Part shown: in pieces, positions 12,128 to 26,280 of the stretch
Position numbering within the stretch: the first letter of the stretch is position 1
Layout of the letters: the number at the start of each line of letters is the position of its first letter
From: Eledone cirrhosa
Lineage: Eukaryota
Assembly (NCBI GenBank): GCA_964016885.1
Contig: OZ024741.1
Coordinates: 196,540,001-196,604,000 of the forward strand
Reading direction: 5' to 3'
Length of the DNA stretch: 64,000 bases
The notes under the pieces: model-generated
The model's database searches: none
The model's input: only the letters and a program-made list of their open reading frames with translations
What the model was told of the DNA's origin: nothing
Made by a program: the position numbers and the translations under genes

Positions 12128-12302
12128 ATTGTTTCTACTTTAGGCACAAGGCCAGCAATTACCCAGTGCATTACTGGTACTTTATTTTATCGACCCCGTA
12201 AGGATGAAAGGCAAAGTCAATCTCGGCGGGATTTGAACTCAGATCGTAAAGGGACGTAACTATGCTCGAAAGCATGGCGTCCGACCCTCCACCGATACTG
12301 CC
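12128..12302 (-). mobile_element. tRNA-derived SINE with Nin/Deu-like domain and (ATT)n tail; representative copy
   Basis: B-box GAGTTCAAATCCC plus GCCTTTCATCCTTACGGGGTCGATAAAATAAAGTACCAG. Further copies at ~9740-10165(+), 14372-14550(-), 17850-18015(-), 19813-19890(+), 21995-22117(-), 27020-27170(-), 27842-27915(+), 31430-31890(+) and 49300-49490(-). Confidence 0.8.
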
Positions 12303-12529
12303 AATCCACCGCCAATGGATGTATGATGATAATGTTACAATTCAGTTACCAGGATCACTCTCCCTTTCTATTATGTATTTTTTTCCCTTCTTTCTCTTTC
12401 AACATGTCCTGCCTTTTATACTATTACTAGGAACACTGCCTTATTGTTGAGATTTATACATCAAAAGAAAGCATTGAATAATATAATGCAATTTACAAAA
12501 TTGATTAAAAAAAAGAACAAAGGCAGTGA

Positions 12530-13140
12530 CTGCAGAAGACATTCATAGACTGGAGAGGAATGAAGCAACCATGCTTCATTGCATATGAAATGTAAGTGTG
12601 AGAGAAAAGTAGAGATTAGACAAGCTAAGAAAGAAGCTAGGTTTAAGAGGAATCCAAGGTGGTGTGCCGAAGAGAAAACTGTGTTGGTATGGACAATGTC
12701 CGCTGAGTGAAGAAATCTCAGAGGAAGAGCAGAGAAGAGGTTGTGAGAACTGACCTCAAATCGCTAAGACTGGCAGAGGAGATGATGAAGGAATGTGATG
12801 AGAGGAGAAAGACCTGTTCAACCCATGCAAACGTGGATAAACAGACATGATGATGATGACGGTATATATAAATAAATATATGGATGTACAATGTTAGTGT
12901 GCATGAGCGACATAGCATAAGCAAACTGAGGGAAAAACTTGGCATAAGAGGAATTGGTTGTAGTGTGCAAGAGAGAAGACTGCATTGGTATGGCCATGTG
13001 ATACGCATGGAAGCTGACAGCTGCAATTTGTGGAAGAGGCAGACCCAGGAAGACATGGGATGAGGTTGTACAACAGAAATGATTAAAGACCACGAGTGCT
13101 GGCGCTACGCAGTGCTGAAGAAGACCCAACCTACAGCTTA
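12530..13140 (+). mobile_element. Two decayed RTE 3' fragments
   Basis: Nucleotide similarity to the other RTE copies (LERNE..ML.W, LGIRGI, RL.WYGH). Confidence 0.65.
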
Positions 13141-14668
13141 CACTATGACTTGATCTACTCTCCCCCTTTCACTAGCACTCCTTAACAGTTATACTCAACT
13201 TCACTACTTCAATCCCCACCTCAACCATGAAGTGGTTGGTGATAGGAAGGGCTTCCAGTCATGAAGAGCTTGCTAAGCAAACAAAGGGTTGGAAGGACCC
13301 TTTAGTCATGTCATGATAAACACACCCAGTACACACTGTAAAGTGATTGGTGATAGGAAGGGCATTCAGCCATAGAAAACTTGCCAGACAAAGGGTCGGG
13401 AGGACCCTCCAGTCGTGTCAAGGACATGAAAACCTCCCTAGTGTTGGTGATAGGAAGGGCATCCAGCCATAGAAATCTTGCAAAACAAAGGGTTGTGAGG
13501 GCCTTCAGTTGTGTGAAAAGCATGACAACCTCTCCCGAGCACTCGATGGAATGTGGGACTATACATAAGTGCACAGGTCCTTGGCTTGCCTGGGAGATCA
13601 GTAGCTCTACTTCAGTACAGACTTGGTCTACATGGACCCGTCCAACCCTTGCTAGCAGGAAAAGTAGACGTTAAAACGACAATGATGATATATATATCAT
13701 AATTGAGAAAAACCAACTGCCAGGAGACCCAGAGGTAGACCCCAAGCCAGATGGTTGCATAACATCCATCAGCTTGGTTGGTCTCGCCTGGAGACGGTTG
13801 CTTCTGACAAGAGCCACTGGAAGGAGTGTTTGAGGAATCTGCCCCTCATAACCCTCTCAAGAATAAGTGGGTGAAGAAGAATATCTATCATCACCACCTC
13901 TGCATTAGAAAAATGTCACACTCCCACCCATGTCAGTGCCACTATGAAAAAACATGGTACTCTCCATGTGATGGTTGGCCTCCAACTAGAAACAATATAA
14001 AAGAAGGCTTTTCGGTCAAGTCAATGACCTGACAAACTCCTAAGTGTTTGTGCCATAAAATCACTAAATACACTCCCATAAGTGGTTGATGGCAGGAAGG
14101 CCATTCAGCTGTAGAAGCCATGCCAAACAATTGAGAGGCCTCTTTAGTTGAATCACACAAATTCCTTAGTGCTGATGCAACTAGTACACTGTAAAATTAT
14201 TGGTGATAGGAAGAGTATCCAGTAGTAAAAATCATGCTAAAATCAAAACATGTAAATGAACTGTGACTCCAGGGTCATCTAGGAGAGTAGCTCCAATAAA
14301 ATACTGGCTTGGTCTGTGGTGACCCGTCCAACCTATGCCAGAATGGAAAAATGGATGTTGAATGATGATGATAATTGTTTCTACTTTTGGCACAAGGCCA
14401 GCAATTATCCCAGTGCATTACCAGTACTTTATTTTATCGACCACGTAAGGATGAAAGGCAAAGTTAACCTCGGCGGGATTTGAACTCAGACCGTAAAGGA
14501 CCATAACTCTAAGCTGCAAAGCATGGTGTCTGACTCTCTACCGATACTGCCAAGATGATATAAATATATCAATATTGGTAAAAAAAAAAAAATTAAATTA
14601 AAAAAAAAGAAGAATGCTCATAATTCACCAACAACTTTAAATGAAATTTATTTTCACTTAAAATTTGT

Positions 14669-15470
14669 TATCATCATCATCATCAACGTTTAACGTCCGT
14701 GTTCCACGCTTGCATGGGTTTGGACGGGGGTTTTCCCACTTGAGGCAAGAGTGATTATCTTGCTCGCATAGGACTATCTGGCGGGTTTTCTACAGCTGGA
14801 TGCCCTTCCTAATACCAACCACATTTACAGTGTGGGGCTGGGAGGTTTTTACCGTGTTGCCTACACGGCCACATTACAGCGTGGACTGTCTGGCGGGTTT
14901 TTTACAGCTGGATGCCCTTCCTAACACCAACCACATTTACAGTGTGAGGCTGGGAGGTTTTTACCGTGTTGCCTACATGGCCACATTACAGCGTGAACTG
15001 TGTGTTTTTTGACGTGACACTACACGATCTCATTTGTTTCGGCCTGGATGTTGTGGCACCAACATAACTTTACATTGAAAGGGGTGTGGGGTGTGTGTGG
15101 GGGTGGGGTGGGGGTGGGGTGGGGGTTATTTTGTTAGAGATGCCTACTGACTGTAGTAGGTTTTACTTTGTATTTAGGTAAGGCGGGTCTTCTCTATTAC
15201 TGAGTACCGCCAAAGGTCTCGGTCCAGTGACATTGTCTTGGTGAGGTGTAAGTGTGTGAGGTCGGAGTTTATCAGCTCGTCCCAGGTTTTTCTGGGTCTG
15301 CCTATTCCGTGGCTACCGTCTATCTTTATTGCCCTGCACTTTGTTATACAGCTATTGTCCTTCATGCGCATCACGTGACCATACCAACGTAGCCTTCTCT
15401 CGAGTAAGCAACATCTGATCCCTCTTATTTCTAATTTTTTCCTTAGTTCGTTTATGCTTTGCCGTTCACG
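14669..15470 (-). mobile_element. RTE LINE 3' fragment, near-identical to 41546-42240
   Basis: Same C-terminal peptide (ORF 15174..15374) and 3'UTR, with an internal ~100 bp tandem duplication in the UTR. Confidence 0.88.
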
Positions 15471-16039
15471 TTAGTACAAAAAAAATTAAAGGAAAGCTAT
15501 TTGAAAATTAACAAAATTGTCTGACAACACTAAAAAAAGAAAGAAAATTATATTTAAACTGAATCCTATTAAAACCAAATTCAAAACAATCTTAATGTTC
15601 ATGAAAAAATAAAATACATTTATGTGTTTTACCATCGAGAGGAAATAGGTTAGGAAACAAGGTTGCAACTGGTAAAATGATAAGAACTAAATGCTCATTA
15701 TTTACTACAAAAGTTTGTCCTATTTATTTACAGTAGGGAAACTGGGATGAGAGGCAAAGTAGAAAGATTTATCTAAAAAAAAAAAACATTGAATAAATAA
15801 GATGAACCCATTGTCCATTGTACTGGGAGATATTATTAGAAGCTACATATAAAAAAAAAATAGTATGATTATTTGTGTTCAAAGAAATAAACTAGCTAAC
15901 AGAATGTGTATTGGAAGAGAATGTCTACTTATTTTTATATTTAACCAGAATGACTCAAGATGAACATTCAACAGTTTCTCATGTAGGTCTGAACTACCCA
16001 CTTTTTTTTGCCCACTAAACCTTTAATATGTATATATAT

Positions 16040-17800
16040 ATCATTGTTTAATGTCCATTTTTCCACGCTAGCATGGGTTAGACGAGATGTTCCATTGTGA
16101 GACAAATAAAATTAGATGGTTGTTTTGCTCATACAAAATTGTTTCTAGATTTTTATGGCTGGAAACACCAACCACGTTTACAGAGTGAACTGGGTGTTTT
16201 TTATTGTGGAACCAAAATGACTACCTTAATATGTGAACAGGTGCTTTTTGTCTTGGCACCAAAATGACCAATCTGCAGTGTGGACTGGGCACTTTTTGTC
16301 AAGTTACCAAAACAAACACTTTAATGTGTCTGTGCACTTTTTGTCATGTCCTCAAACTTGGGCTGACCACTTTTAGATTAGGCTGGGTGCTTTTTATGTG
16401 AGCATCACAACCTCTTCACAAGGTGGACTAGGTGTTTATTGTTTGTTGTGTCACTACCACACCCATTCTACAAGGCAGACTGGGTTCTCTGTGTTGTGTT
16501 ACCAACCCAACCATTCCACAGAGTGGACCAGGTGCTTTCTGTCCTGCCACCACACAACCACTTTACGGGGTGAACTGGATACCTCCTGTCGTGTCACCAA
16601 CATAACCACCTTACATGATGGACTAGGGGATTTTGTTGCGTCACCAACATGACCATCTTACAAAGTGAACTGAGAGTTTTTAGCCATTTAAGCAACTTTG
16701 TGGGAGTGTTCAGGTATTCATGCATGTATACATGAGTAGGTCAAAAGGGGTACATCAGATGTGGAAAGTGGGGGCATGGTGGGATGCATGTATTTAGGGT
16801 GGGAATTGGAGAGGTAGGTCTAGGTTGGGGTACTTAGTGGTAAAGGATGGAGTGTTAAGACATGGGAGGTGCATGGAAAGTAGAGAAGTGGTGTATACTA
16901 GAGACCACTAGATGTTGCTTCATCCCATGCACATGGGAAGGCAGGTCTTCTGCAGCATTGCATAACACCAAAGATCTTGATCCTGTGTTATTGCCTTTGA
17001 GAGGTGCAATTGTGTAAGGTCAGCTTTTATCATATCATCCCAAGCTTTCTTAGGTCTTCCACTTCCATCAACTTTGAGTGCCCTCCACCTTTTTATATTT
17101 ATATGGCTGTCATCCTTCATATGCATCACATGTCTATACCACCGTAATCTTCTCTCCAAACTGCATCTGATCCCTCTTATGCCTAGTTTCTTTCTCAATT
17201 CATTTATGCTTTGCTGTTTATGTATATTACACAGCCATTGAAACATGTACGCTTGATTCCTTTCCAATTTTCATAGGTTCTCTGCACACAGCATCCACAT
17301 CTCATTACCATGTAGCAGTGCTGTTTGTATACATGCATCATACAACCTGCCTTGCATTTTGAGGAAAAAACCTTTTGTAGCTCGCAGTGATAGTAGCTCC
17401 CTGAATTTTTTACATCCCGTTCTCACTCTGGCTACTGTACTTTCAGAACACCCACCTACACTGCTAATTTTGTCACCCAGGTAAAAGCATGCGTCAATTG
17501 TTTCTAAGAATTTAATAGACCTTGTTTCCTGTGAGTGCTTGCTGCTTACTGCTCCTGTAATTTGCTAGCCTGCCTGAGATTCCGCTATATCTCTTGTGTA
17601 CCCATAGTTTGCATTTGGGACAGAGGATGAAATTTCTACCCACCCTTTTCCTACACACTGAACACGGACATTTCCCTGAAGGGATCAGTCTTTCTACTTA
17701 CTAAAACTTTAGACTTTGCCAGGTTGACTTTAAGACCTTTTGATTCCAAGTTAAGCTTCCAGGTCAGGAATGTTTTTTCTAGTTCTGCTATAGATTCAGC
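16040..17800 (-). mobile_element. Decayed RTE LINE 3' part with tandemly repeated 3'UTR
   Basis: ORF 16920..17267 (RRLRWY.HV, GRPKK.W) and an array of ~40-bp units at 16170-16680. Confidence 0.8.
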
Positions 17801-20800
17801 TATAAGAGCTAGATAAGCATACAAAATTAATATTATTTCTCACATAAGTACAAGGCCAGACATTTTGGAGAAGAAAGTTGATTAAATTAAGCCAGGTATT
17901 TATTTTATTGACTCCAGAAGGATAGATGACAAAGTTGATTTCAAGAGGATTTGATCTCAGAACACGAAGGACCACCACTAAATAAATACACAAACCCATT
18001 TTGTCTAGCACTCTAACAAATCTGCCAATCAATTATATGAAACATTATGCAACATATAATAAAAATAAACATTCTATATATTTTTCCTGGACACGAACTC
18101 ATGTGTCTGCTGGAGATGTGTAAACAAATTATATATTCACACCACACCATCATCAGGCATAGGGAAGGCAGTACAAAGGAGTTACTGGTTTTATTTATTA
18201 ATTTCAAATCAGAACAAGTATCTCTCAAGCCAAAAAAAATCATAAAACTCAAATACTTTCTCTGTAGTAAAATTGCTTGAACTTTTGAATTTAAATTAAA
18301 AATCCAGAAAAAGGTTGTGATAATAGTAAAAGTTTGTAATCTATATATAGCAAGAATATTTGTTCAGGAAAAGTTTAGCAAAAGGTTCAATGAATTAGAA
18401 TAATTCAATAATAAAGTAATCCATAAAAGGAGTTTAAAACCATGTTTATAAGTTTATACTCCTAAAAAAAAAAAAGTATCTGCTTAAAAGTTTATCTTGA
18501 AACAATATCACCATTTCTCAACACATCTTCACAAAATTTGGCCCCATATATCTATATCCATAAAAAATCCCAACTCCAATCTACCCATAAGTAACCAAGA
18601 AGGAATGTAGGAAAACTGCAAGTTCTAATTGAATGGGTGTAGGACAGGATGTTCATTTTCTGAAATGGCAAAATAGAACATTTTTTGCTCTAAATTAGAA
18701 CTTTATCATCTTGCCCCAATGTTTCTTTAATCTTTTCCCCTCACCTTTATGTGTACACATTTTTTCTCACTCATCTATGTGTTTGTGTGTACATAAATTC
18801 ATATATACAATGTATTTGTTCTTATGTTTGTGTGTGAGTGCATGTAGATGTAAATCTTATATAAATTCATATAAATGCATAACATGTTTGTGTCTGTGTG
18901 CATTAATTCATATCTACACATTACATTTGTGTATGTGGATGTATGTGCATATTTAGATTTGCTTATAGTGTTTCTAGATGATTGTATGAATACTTGCAAC
19001 CCTGTCTGTCTAGAGTGTATGCGTCTATTGCTATTTAAGTTTTTCTGTATAAATATATCCGTAATTGCAAGTAGCATTCAGAAAGTTTGTGATAATTTTT
19101 TTAAAGAAAGACTTTCCACCATTCATGCTTACTTTGAAGATATTTAAAAAGTATAATATAAAGACATATGTCAAAATAATAAATTTTTGACATAAGATTT
19201 GATAAAAATTATAGCAAAATGCACTCTTCCATACAGACCAAATATATTAGAAATATTGACAGAATTAGTTGAATAGGGGAGAAAATGACTGGCCATATTT
19301 AGTTATATTGTGAATTTGAATCCAGCCAAGATCAACTTTTTTCATAATTCTGGGTTCGATAAAAAAAAATATAAGTGTGAAACTTAAGTCGATTCTAACT
19401 ATATTCTACATTAACATTTGAGGCCTTATGCCTGTGTTAGAAATTAATACAATCCTCTTTTTGAAAATCTTTCTAATATGAATAATCAATCATCAGAAAA
19501 GACCTGTTTAGAAGAGTATAAGTGGACATAGAGAATGTCGTTGAAATGGGGGCGGTGTAACACGACAGCAATGGAATAAGTGTATCTTACATCTATTAAA
19601 TACTTCATTAGATGTACACAACTGCTTAATGGGGCAATAGGAACCATATGAAAATACTTGATAGAGGAATATACTGTATATATTGCTAATTAAAAAAAAA
19701 AAATTATATAATAAAATAATGAAATAAAATTAATTTCCTTCTGGGTCAACTGTGTGAATTATCTAATTAGTTACGTATCAATAATACATTACAACCATTC
19801 ATTATATAGCCTATCCTTACGGGGTCGATAAAATAAAGTACCAGTAATGTACTGGGAAAATGCTGGCCTTGTGCCTAAAGTAGAAACAATTATATAGCCT
19901 AACATCCAAATACTTTAGTAGTTCATCAATTTCATCTTCCATCATTTAAAATGCGTCCTATTGTGTTATTTTTGCTTTTGTTTTTAACTATTGTGATGGG
20001 ATGGGCCTCTATAATGATTGACCTCATAGTCTATTTTGATACATTTAAAACCAATTAATACAATAGCTTTACTGTTTACAGAATTTATCTCAAAGTAAAA
20101 TTTCACGCGCTTATTTTCTAATAGTTAGAACAAGATTTGAAAAGAAACGTTTGAAGTATATTGTTTTGGGCATCTCATACTACTTTAAAGACATATATAA
20201 AAAAAAACAACAACAAATCAAACGATAACACACACACTAGTGAATAGTTGGCTTCCTGAAATGATGACTCAAAACAATCATTGACTGTCCTTCTCTAAAT
20301 GGTTTGTTGTTTTTTAATTACGACTATAGTCATATTTTTGTTGTTCATTGTATTAGCAAAATATGGGGAAGATTTCAAGGCTTTACCAACAAGCCCAATA
20401 GTGTGACATAAACACTCCCTTTGAAGTACATCTTAATCTTTGACAAGAAGTTTAGTAAAAAGTTTCATTAAATGCTATCGCACAGAAATGATAATGTTTT
20501 GCTATTTAATCTATTTAATGGCGACGTTGAATACCAAAAACAAGAAATAATTTCAACATTATTTGAGTGGAGAATTGTGATTTTGATTTTTTATAAATGC
20601 ATGACAGTACAACTTAATGCTTCTTTTGTATTTTCTTAGCTATGAAAATAACTTTTTATTTGTCTAAGTGAAACTAGAAGACAATACAGTGTCACCACTG
20701 CTTCTATGGAGGGTTGTAATTAAATTTATAAACTGCTTAATTGTTTACGATTTAAAACGAACATAAACAAAGTAAACAAAAAGAACTATATTTTAATCAC

Positions 20801-21196
20801 TCATTTAAAGGATTAATATCTATGACAGATTCATTTAGAAAGCTGTCATTTGTCAAATAGACCATCACAACATCCGTAAAGGAATATGTATATATAAATT
20901 TATATTGTTAAAAATATATACATTATCGATTATACTTAGAGGCAAACGATAAAATGGAAAAACAACATATCAACGTTTTAAAGAACATAGAAACACAAAT
21001 TGTTTATTCTTCTTAATTTATCATTATTATTAATAAATAGTTTTAAAGTAGTAGGAGGCAAAGTTTGACAAGAAAACGGCCAACACCCAATGACGATAGA
21101 AATCCTAGTCGTAATGTTCCGGAGTGACGAGAATGTTTTAATCAATAGAAGAATACCAATTCAGAAAATCGTCATCGAAAAATAAAATAAACTTAC

Positions 21197-21244
21197 CCCC
21201 GTTCCATTATCACAAACTATCACTGAGCGACCTTTGTTGTCCAT
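21197..21244 (-). CDS. ACTR2: Actin-related protein 2 (Arp2/3 complex), coding exon 1 (MDNKGRSVIVCDNGTG)
   Basis: Manual translation: ATG at 21244-21242, actin-family DNGTG phosphate-loop motif, then GTAAGT donor (21196-21191). The 48 nt match the conserved Arp2 exon 1 coding length. Confidence 0.93.
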
Positions 21245-21480
21245 TTTGGATGACTTAGGAATGAAAAACCATTAGAATATCCTCACAAGGCTAGAAGAAA
21301 GTAGCCGGAAGTACACACCTTTAACAGCGACCGGTTCCCACAATGCAATAAAGATGACTTTCCAAGGCCGATAACTCTCTATTAGAAATAGCGTAAAGTC
21401 CCTCATATCTTTGAATACATGATGCACTGGAGATTGATTAAAAGAAAATCACTTCTGCATTTCACGTGGAAAGTTTTTTT
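21245..21480 (-). promoter_or_regulatory. Probable Arp2 5'UTR and proximal promoter
   Basis: Repeat-free, relatively CpG-retaining region directly upstream of the ATG. ETS-type CCGGAAGT at 21305-21312 and a CACGTG E-box near 21463. TSS not determinable. Confidence 0.45.
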
Positions 21481-22455
21481 AATGTTTTAAAGTTAAAAAC
21501 TTAGAACAAATAACGAAAATAATTGCTTATTTTGTTTTATTAGTCATACTTGTATATACATCATAAAAAATGTTATTCAAGCTCATGAAAGGATTTTCTA
21601 AAGGCTTAAATTAATAGGTGGACCCATGGGAAACAAATTATTCATCTTTGTTACGAAGTCACTATAACATACATGTATGTATGCATGAATGTTCAGTTTT
21701 TAAATTTAATGTTGGCAAATATTTATAAGTTTTGGTATTTGACAGAACAACGTTTAATAAAAATAGAAGTACATAAACAAAAAAGCCATCTTGATTAATT
21801 TTATTGAAATTTTAGTTTTATTTTATATCAAAAACAAAGAAAAAACATACATTATAAGTAAGGTAAATTCTCATTTTAAGGTTCAATCTGAAATATCAAA
21901 TTTTAAATCATTGATGTACTATATATATTTTTTTTTATTCTACAACAATAGGGTATGTTTACAAATAAAGAAAATTATATAATGTTCGTAGTCATAATTG
22001 TTTCTATTTTTTGGCACAAGTCCAAAAATAATTGTTTCTACGTTAGGCACAAGGCCAGCAATTACCAGTGCATTACTGGTACTTTATTTTATCGACCCCG
22101 TAAGGATGAAAGGCACAGTTTAATAGCGGTGATAAGGGTAATACCGTCACCAGAAGTAACTAACGTAATCACTAACAACAAATGTCACCACTCTCTATAT
22201 ATACTTATCGTCATCAGTATCATCGCCGCCGTCGTCTCCAATACCATTACCATAACTAACTGAGTTACTTCCCATGAAAGTGTATAAATATATTTAACAA
22301 AATCCGCAACTTACATCAGATTATGTAGTCATATATATATATATAACGAAGGAAATTTGGTAAGGAACCAGGTGGACCATAACGCACCAAAGTACTCAAT
22401 ACTTAGGGTAGTAGAGTGGGTAATAGGAACGAGTAGGAGTGGGGTCGTACTCGTT

Positions 22456-22503
<48 letters not shown>

Positions 22504-22625
22504 GTAATAAACAACATAAGGCAATTATTCCATTTACCAGTGGTTTCTTAAAAGCAAAAAGTTTTGCTTTCAATCCTCAGAATGAAAAAATCCTGGTTTG
22601 TTTATTGAATTTGGATTTTAAAAAA

Positions 22626-22662
<37 letters not shown>

Positions 22663-23169
22663 CAATGAAATGGTCATAGCTGGAGTGTCTTTTGGGAAGG
22701 TTGATTTGAGCCTAAACAACTCTACCATAATTTTAAAACAAATTGCTAAAAATAGACTTTATTTGGTAGTGATTTTCCCTATTTTCTTGAATACACAGTT
22801 TTTATTCTTTTACCAGTTCTTTCCGAGTTATTTAGTTTATTGGTTTTATTTACAGGTGTTTAAATAACATTACAAATTGTTCACAGTTCTTTCAGAATGA
22901 AAATAAAAACACATATAATACAATGTGTATAAAAATATCTCTATTTGATTTCTAGCTTTGAAAAACTATATAGTAAATATTTATTTCATAAATACATTAC
23001 AAATCATTTGCAATTCTTTCAGAATGAAAATATAAACAGAGCATATAAATAAATTTACAGTGGAATAACATAACAAATGTATTTTAAATATATACATAAA
23101 TAACATTACAAGTGCTTCGATAACATTATAAATAGCTCGCGATTCATTCAGAAAGATATATTCTTTTAA

Positions 23170-24062
23170 TGTTGCAATATTAAAGAAAATGTAAAAAAAG
23201 AGGTGAACAACGGAGCCAACACCAGAGCAAAAGACAGCAGCCAGGGGTACTGGGCAACTTCTCTAATGACTTTTGAGGCACGCCAGCACACTCGCAGCGT
23301 TGCCTCGGGTGATGGCGAGGCTGATGCGCTGAAACAGCCAAGCGCCCTCGCCAGATTCGCCAGTTACCTCTATTAGGCGAGCCGCCAGTAAAGAGAGGAG
23401 TCTCGCAGTTAGCGGCCCGACTACCCCAAACGTCTCGAAAACCACAGGCTGAAAAATGTAGCTGGCCGACAGATCAGAGTATTTGAGGGTCTTACTCCAC
23501 TCGGCTGCAGAAGCTGTGGCGCTCGTCATAACCGCAGCATCCAGGATGTGGGAAAGACCAAAAGAGTCACTAACAGTGACGTCCCAGACAAAGCACCTGC
23601 CTCTCGACCAAGGGCACAGGGTAAGGCCGTCAGGTCTTTTGCCAGATGGTTCCAAGACTGAGGGGATATTCGCCCGGGCCATAGCTCTCTTCAGAATGAG
23701 GTTTAGCTCCGTGTGACGTGCGAAGCGACCGGCATTCAGGCGGCAAGAAAGACTGTGGAGTCGAGGAGTCTGCCGCATCGGCACCTCAAACCCACGCAGA
23801 CGTCAGCTCCCACTCTGAGGGCGATGGAGACACAAAGTACGTCTAGGCTGAGTAGGCCACCAACGTTGGCCAGGGGTAGGGCATCAACCCAGTCGCCTGA
23901 GTATTTGGCGCTGGCAGATAGTAAGTGGCACCTTGCAAACTGATCTGACTGGACGAAGAGGGAGTCGAAGGTGGCCTTCGAAATTATGCTGTCCCAAGTT
24001 CTCTGACTTTGACTGTACTCCACCTTCTCAGGAAGAGACAAGCCCAACTCACTCCTATTCAA
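23170..24062 (-). mobile_element. Second CRE-like 3' fragment (RLE domain), frameshifted
   Basis: ORFs 23736..24062 and 23263..23784: CRCG, RH..LN, KRPDGLT..PW..G...VWDVT, KY.DL, PVVFETFG, QRISLAITRGNA. Confidence 0.82.
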
Positions 24063-24235
24063 CTGATGATGGTATGTTTGTCAAGGATAAAATGATGCTT
24101 AATGATTGAAATTGTGCTTAAACAATTAACTTATTCACAAAATTTCTCTAGCAGTGAATCTCAACTTTTGTAACTCAGCTCTTTTTCACCGGTGCAACGC
24201 CCGCTTCTACGGTTTTCGCATCAAAAATGTTATAT

Positions 24236-24870
24236 CATCATCATCATCATCACCGTTTTACGTCCATTCTTCCACGCTAGCATGGGTTAGACGAGTTGTC
24301 TTGGTGTGGGCAGTAGCCAGTCGGCTGACCATGCCTTGCTCAAACGGGAACTGATTCTGGCTTGATTTCTACAGCTGGATGCCCTTCCTAACACCAACCT
24401 CATTTACAGTGAGTGCTGGGTGCTTTATTCTGTGGCGCCTACACTCGCCTTTTCCATCGACTTCTAGTGCTCTGCACCTTTTTATGCAGCTGTCATCCTT
24501 CATACACATCACATGTCCATACCAACGCAACCGCCTCTTCTGCACACAGCATTTGATTCCTCTTATGCTCAGTCTCTCTCGCAATTCGTTTTACACATCC
24601 ATCAGAGCATGCAGGCTTCGTTTCTTTCTAATCTACGCAAGTCTTCTACAGACAGCGCCCAGGTCTCACTACCATGTAACATTGCTGTTCATATACACGC
24701 ATCATACTGTCTGCCTTTTATTTTCAGGAAAAAGCCTTTTGCAGCTAGCAGTGGCAGTAGCTCCCTGAACTTCTTCCATCCCGTTCTTACCCTAGTTATT
24801 GTACTTTCCGAACACCCACCTCCGCTGCTAATTCGGTCACCTAGGTAGCAGAAGCTATCTACTGTCTACA
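24236..24870 (-). mobile_element. RTE LINE 3' fragment
   Basis: ORF 24369..24584 (RRLRWYGHV) with the shared 3' tail and (GAT)n. Confidence 0.78.
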
Positions 24871-26227
24871 GCTGTCTACTGTTTCTACAGAGCCCTCCCA
24901 GAGTTTGGTGGTACTTGTTTAACATCCATTTTCCATGCTAGCATGAGTTAGACAGGCCAGGTCGGCTGACAGTGTTTTGTTCACACACAACTGATTTTAG
25001 CTTGGTTTCTACGGCTGGATGCCCTTCCGAATGCCAACCACATTTACAATTTGTACTGGGTGCTTTTTGTTGTGTCACCTACTAGAAAACTTTAGTGTAC
25101 TGGATGCTTTTTATCGTGACACCTATACAACCACTTTACAGTGTAGGCTGGGCACTTTTTATTGTGTCACCAACACGACCACTTTACAGTGTAGACTGGG
25201 TACTCATTATAACTTGGTGTGGGATGTGTATAGAGATTAGGGGATAGATCTAGGAGTGGCGTGTTTGGACGTGGGGGATGTATGGGAGGGGTGATGGAAG
25301 GGAAGGTGGCACATACTAGATGTAATCCTCAGCTCTTGCATATGGGAAGGCCTTTGAGAGGTGCAATTATTATGGTTAAATTTTCTCTATCCTACACAGC
25401 ATGTGCATTTTTTAGATTTTTATGTTAAATAATCATTTAGATATTGTTGTCTACACTTTCTGTTTTGATTATATATTTCTATTCTCAATTTTTCAATATA
25501 TTGACTTGCTTCACGAATTCCGAGTGAGCTATTTTTAGCATTCCTCCCTGTCTACCACAGTCTACTGGCTGGTACATTTATTGTCTCAGTCACCATACGA
25601 ACACACATAAGTTTTTGTCTTGTTCCAAATAATTCTCCCCTGATGATAGAATAAGTTCTTCCAATATTGGTTATTCCAATGGCTGGTATTGTTTCTTTTA
25701 TTCATAATATCATGATAGGGAGATATGAGTTAGACTAACTTATTTTACTCGGACTGATTTATACTCCCCTAAATTCAGATTTTGGCATAAATTTAATGTT
25801 AAATTACTTCTCTGGGTGATATTCTGTCTATATGTCTATATTTTATCCATTCATTGAAATGTCTAAGTATTAGAGACAAATAATTTATATATATATATAT
25901 ATAGAGAGAGAGAGATAAATCTACCAAAATATACGGTAGTGTCCAATCCGTATGAAGAACTCAATGTAATCCAAATATCATGAAAAGAGATGTATTCAAC
26001 ATTTTTTCGATGAAAAACACAGGAAAACAGAGTCAAGATATTTCTGAAGACAGCATATATATATATGTGTAGGTATGTATATTCCCTCTGATAGTTTGTA
26101 AAATTTTTACATAGATCTATATGATATACATACCAACACACACATATATATCCTAGAAACGATCGTAAAATGATGAATTTTTTAATATAAGGAACTGTTT
26201 CTTTGTTTTTATTCATTATTTTTATTA

Positions 26228-26280
<53 letters not shown>

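Noticed and set aside
16170-16680. Regularly spaced repeats superficially like a CRISPR array
   Set aside because: Eukaryotic context, degenerate tandem units without unique spacers, no cas genes, and located in a LINE 3'UTR.
2328-21244. Calling the gene conventional actin or a pseudogene
   Set aside because: Residues and exon lengths are Arp2-specific, all splice sites are canonical and the frame is intact.
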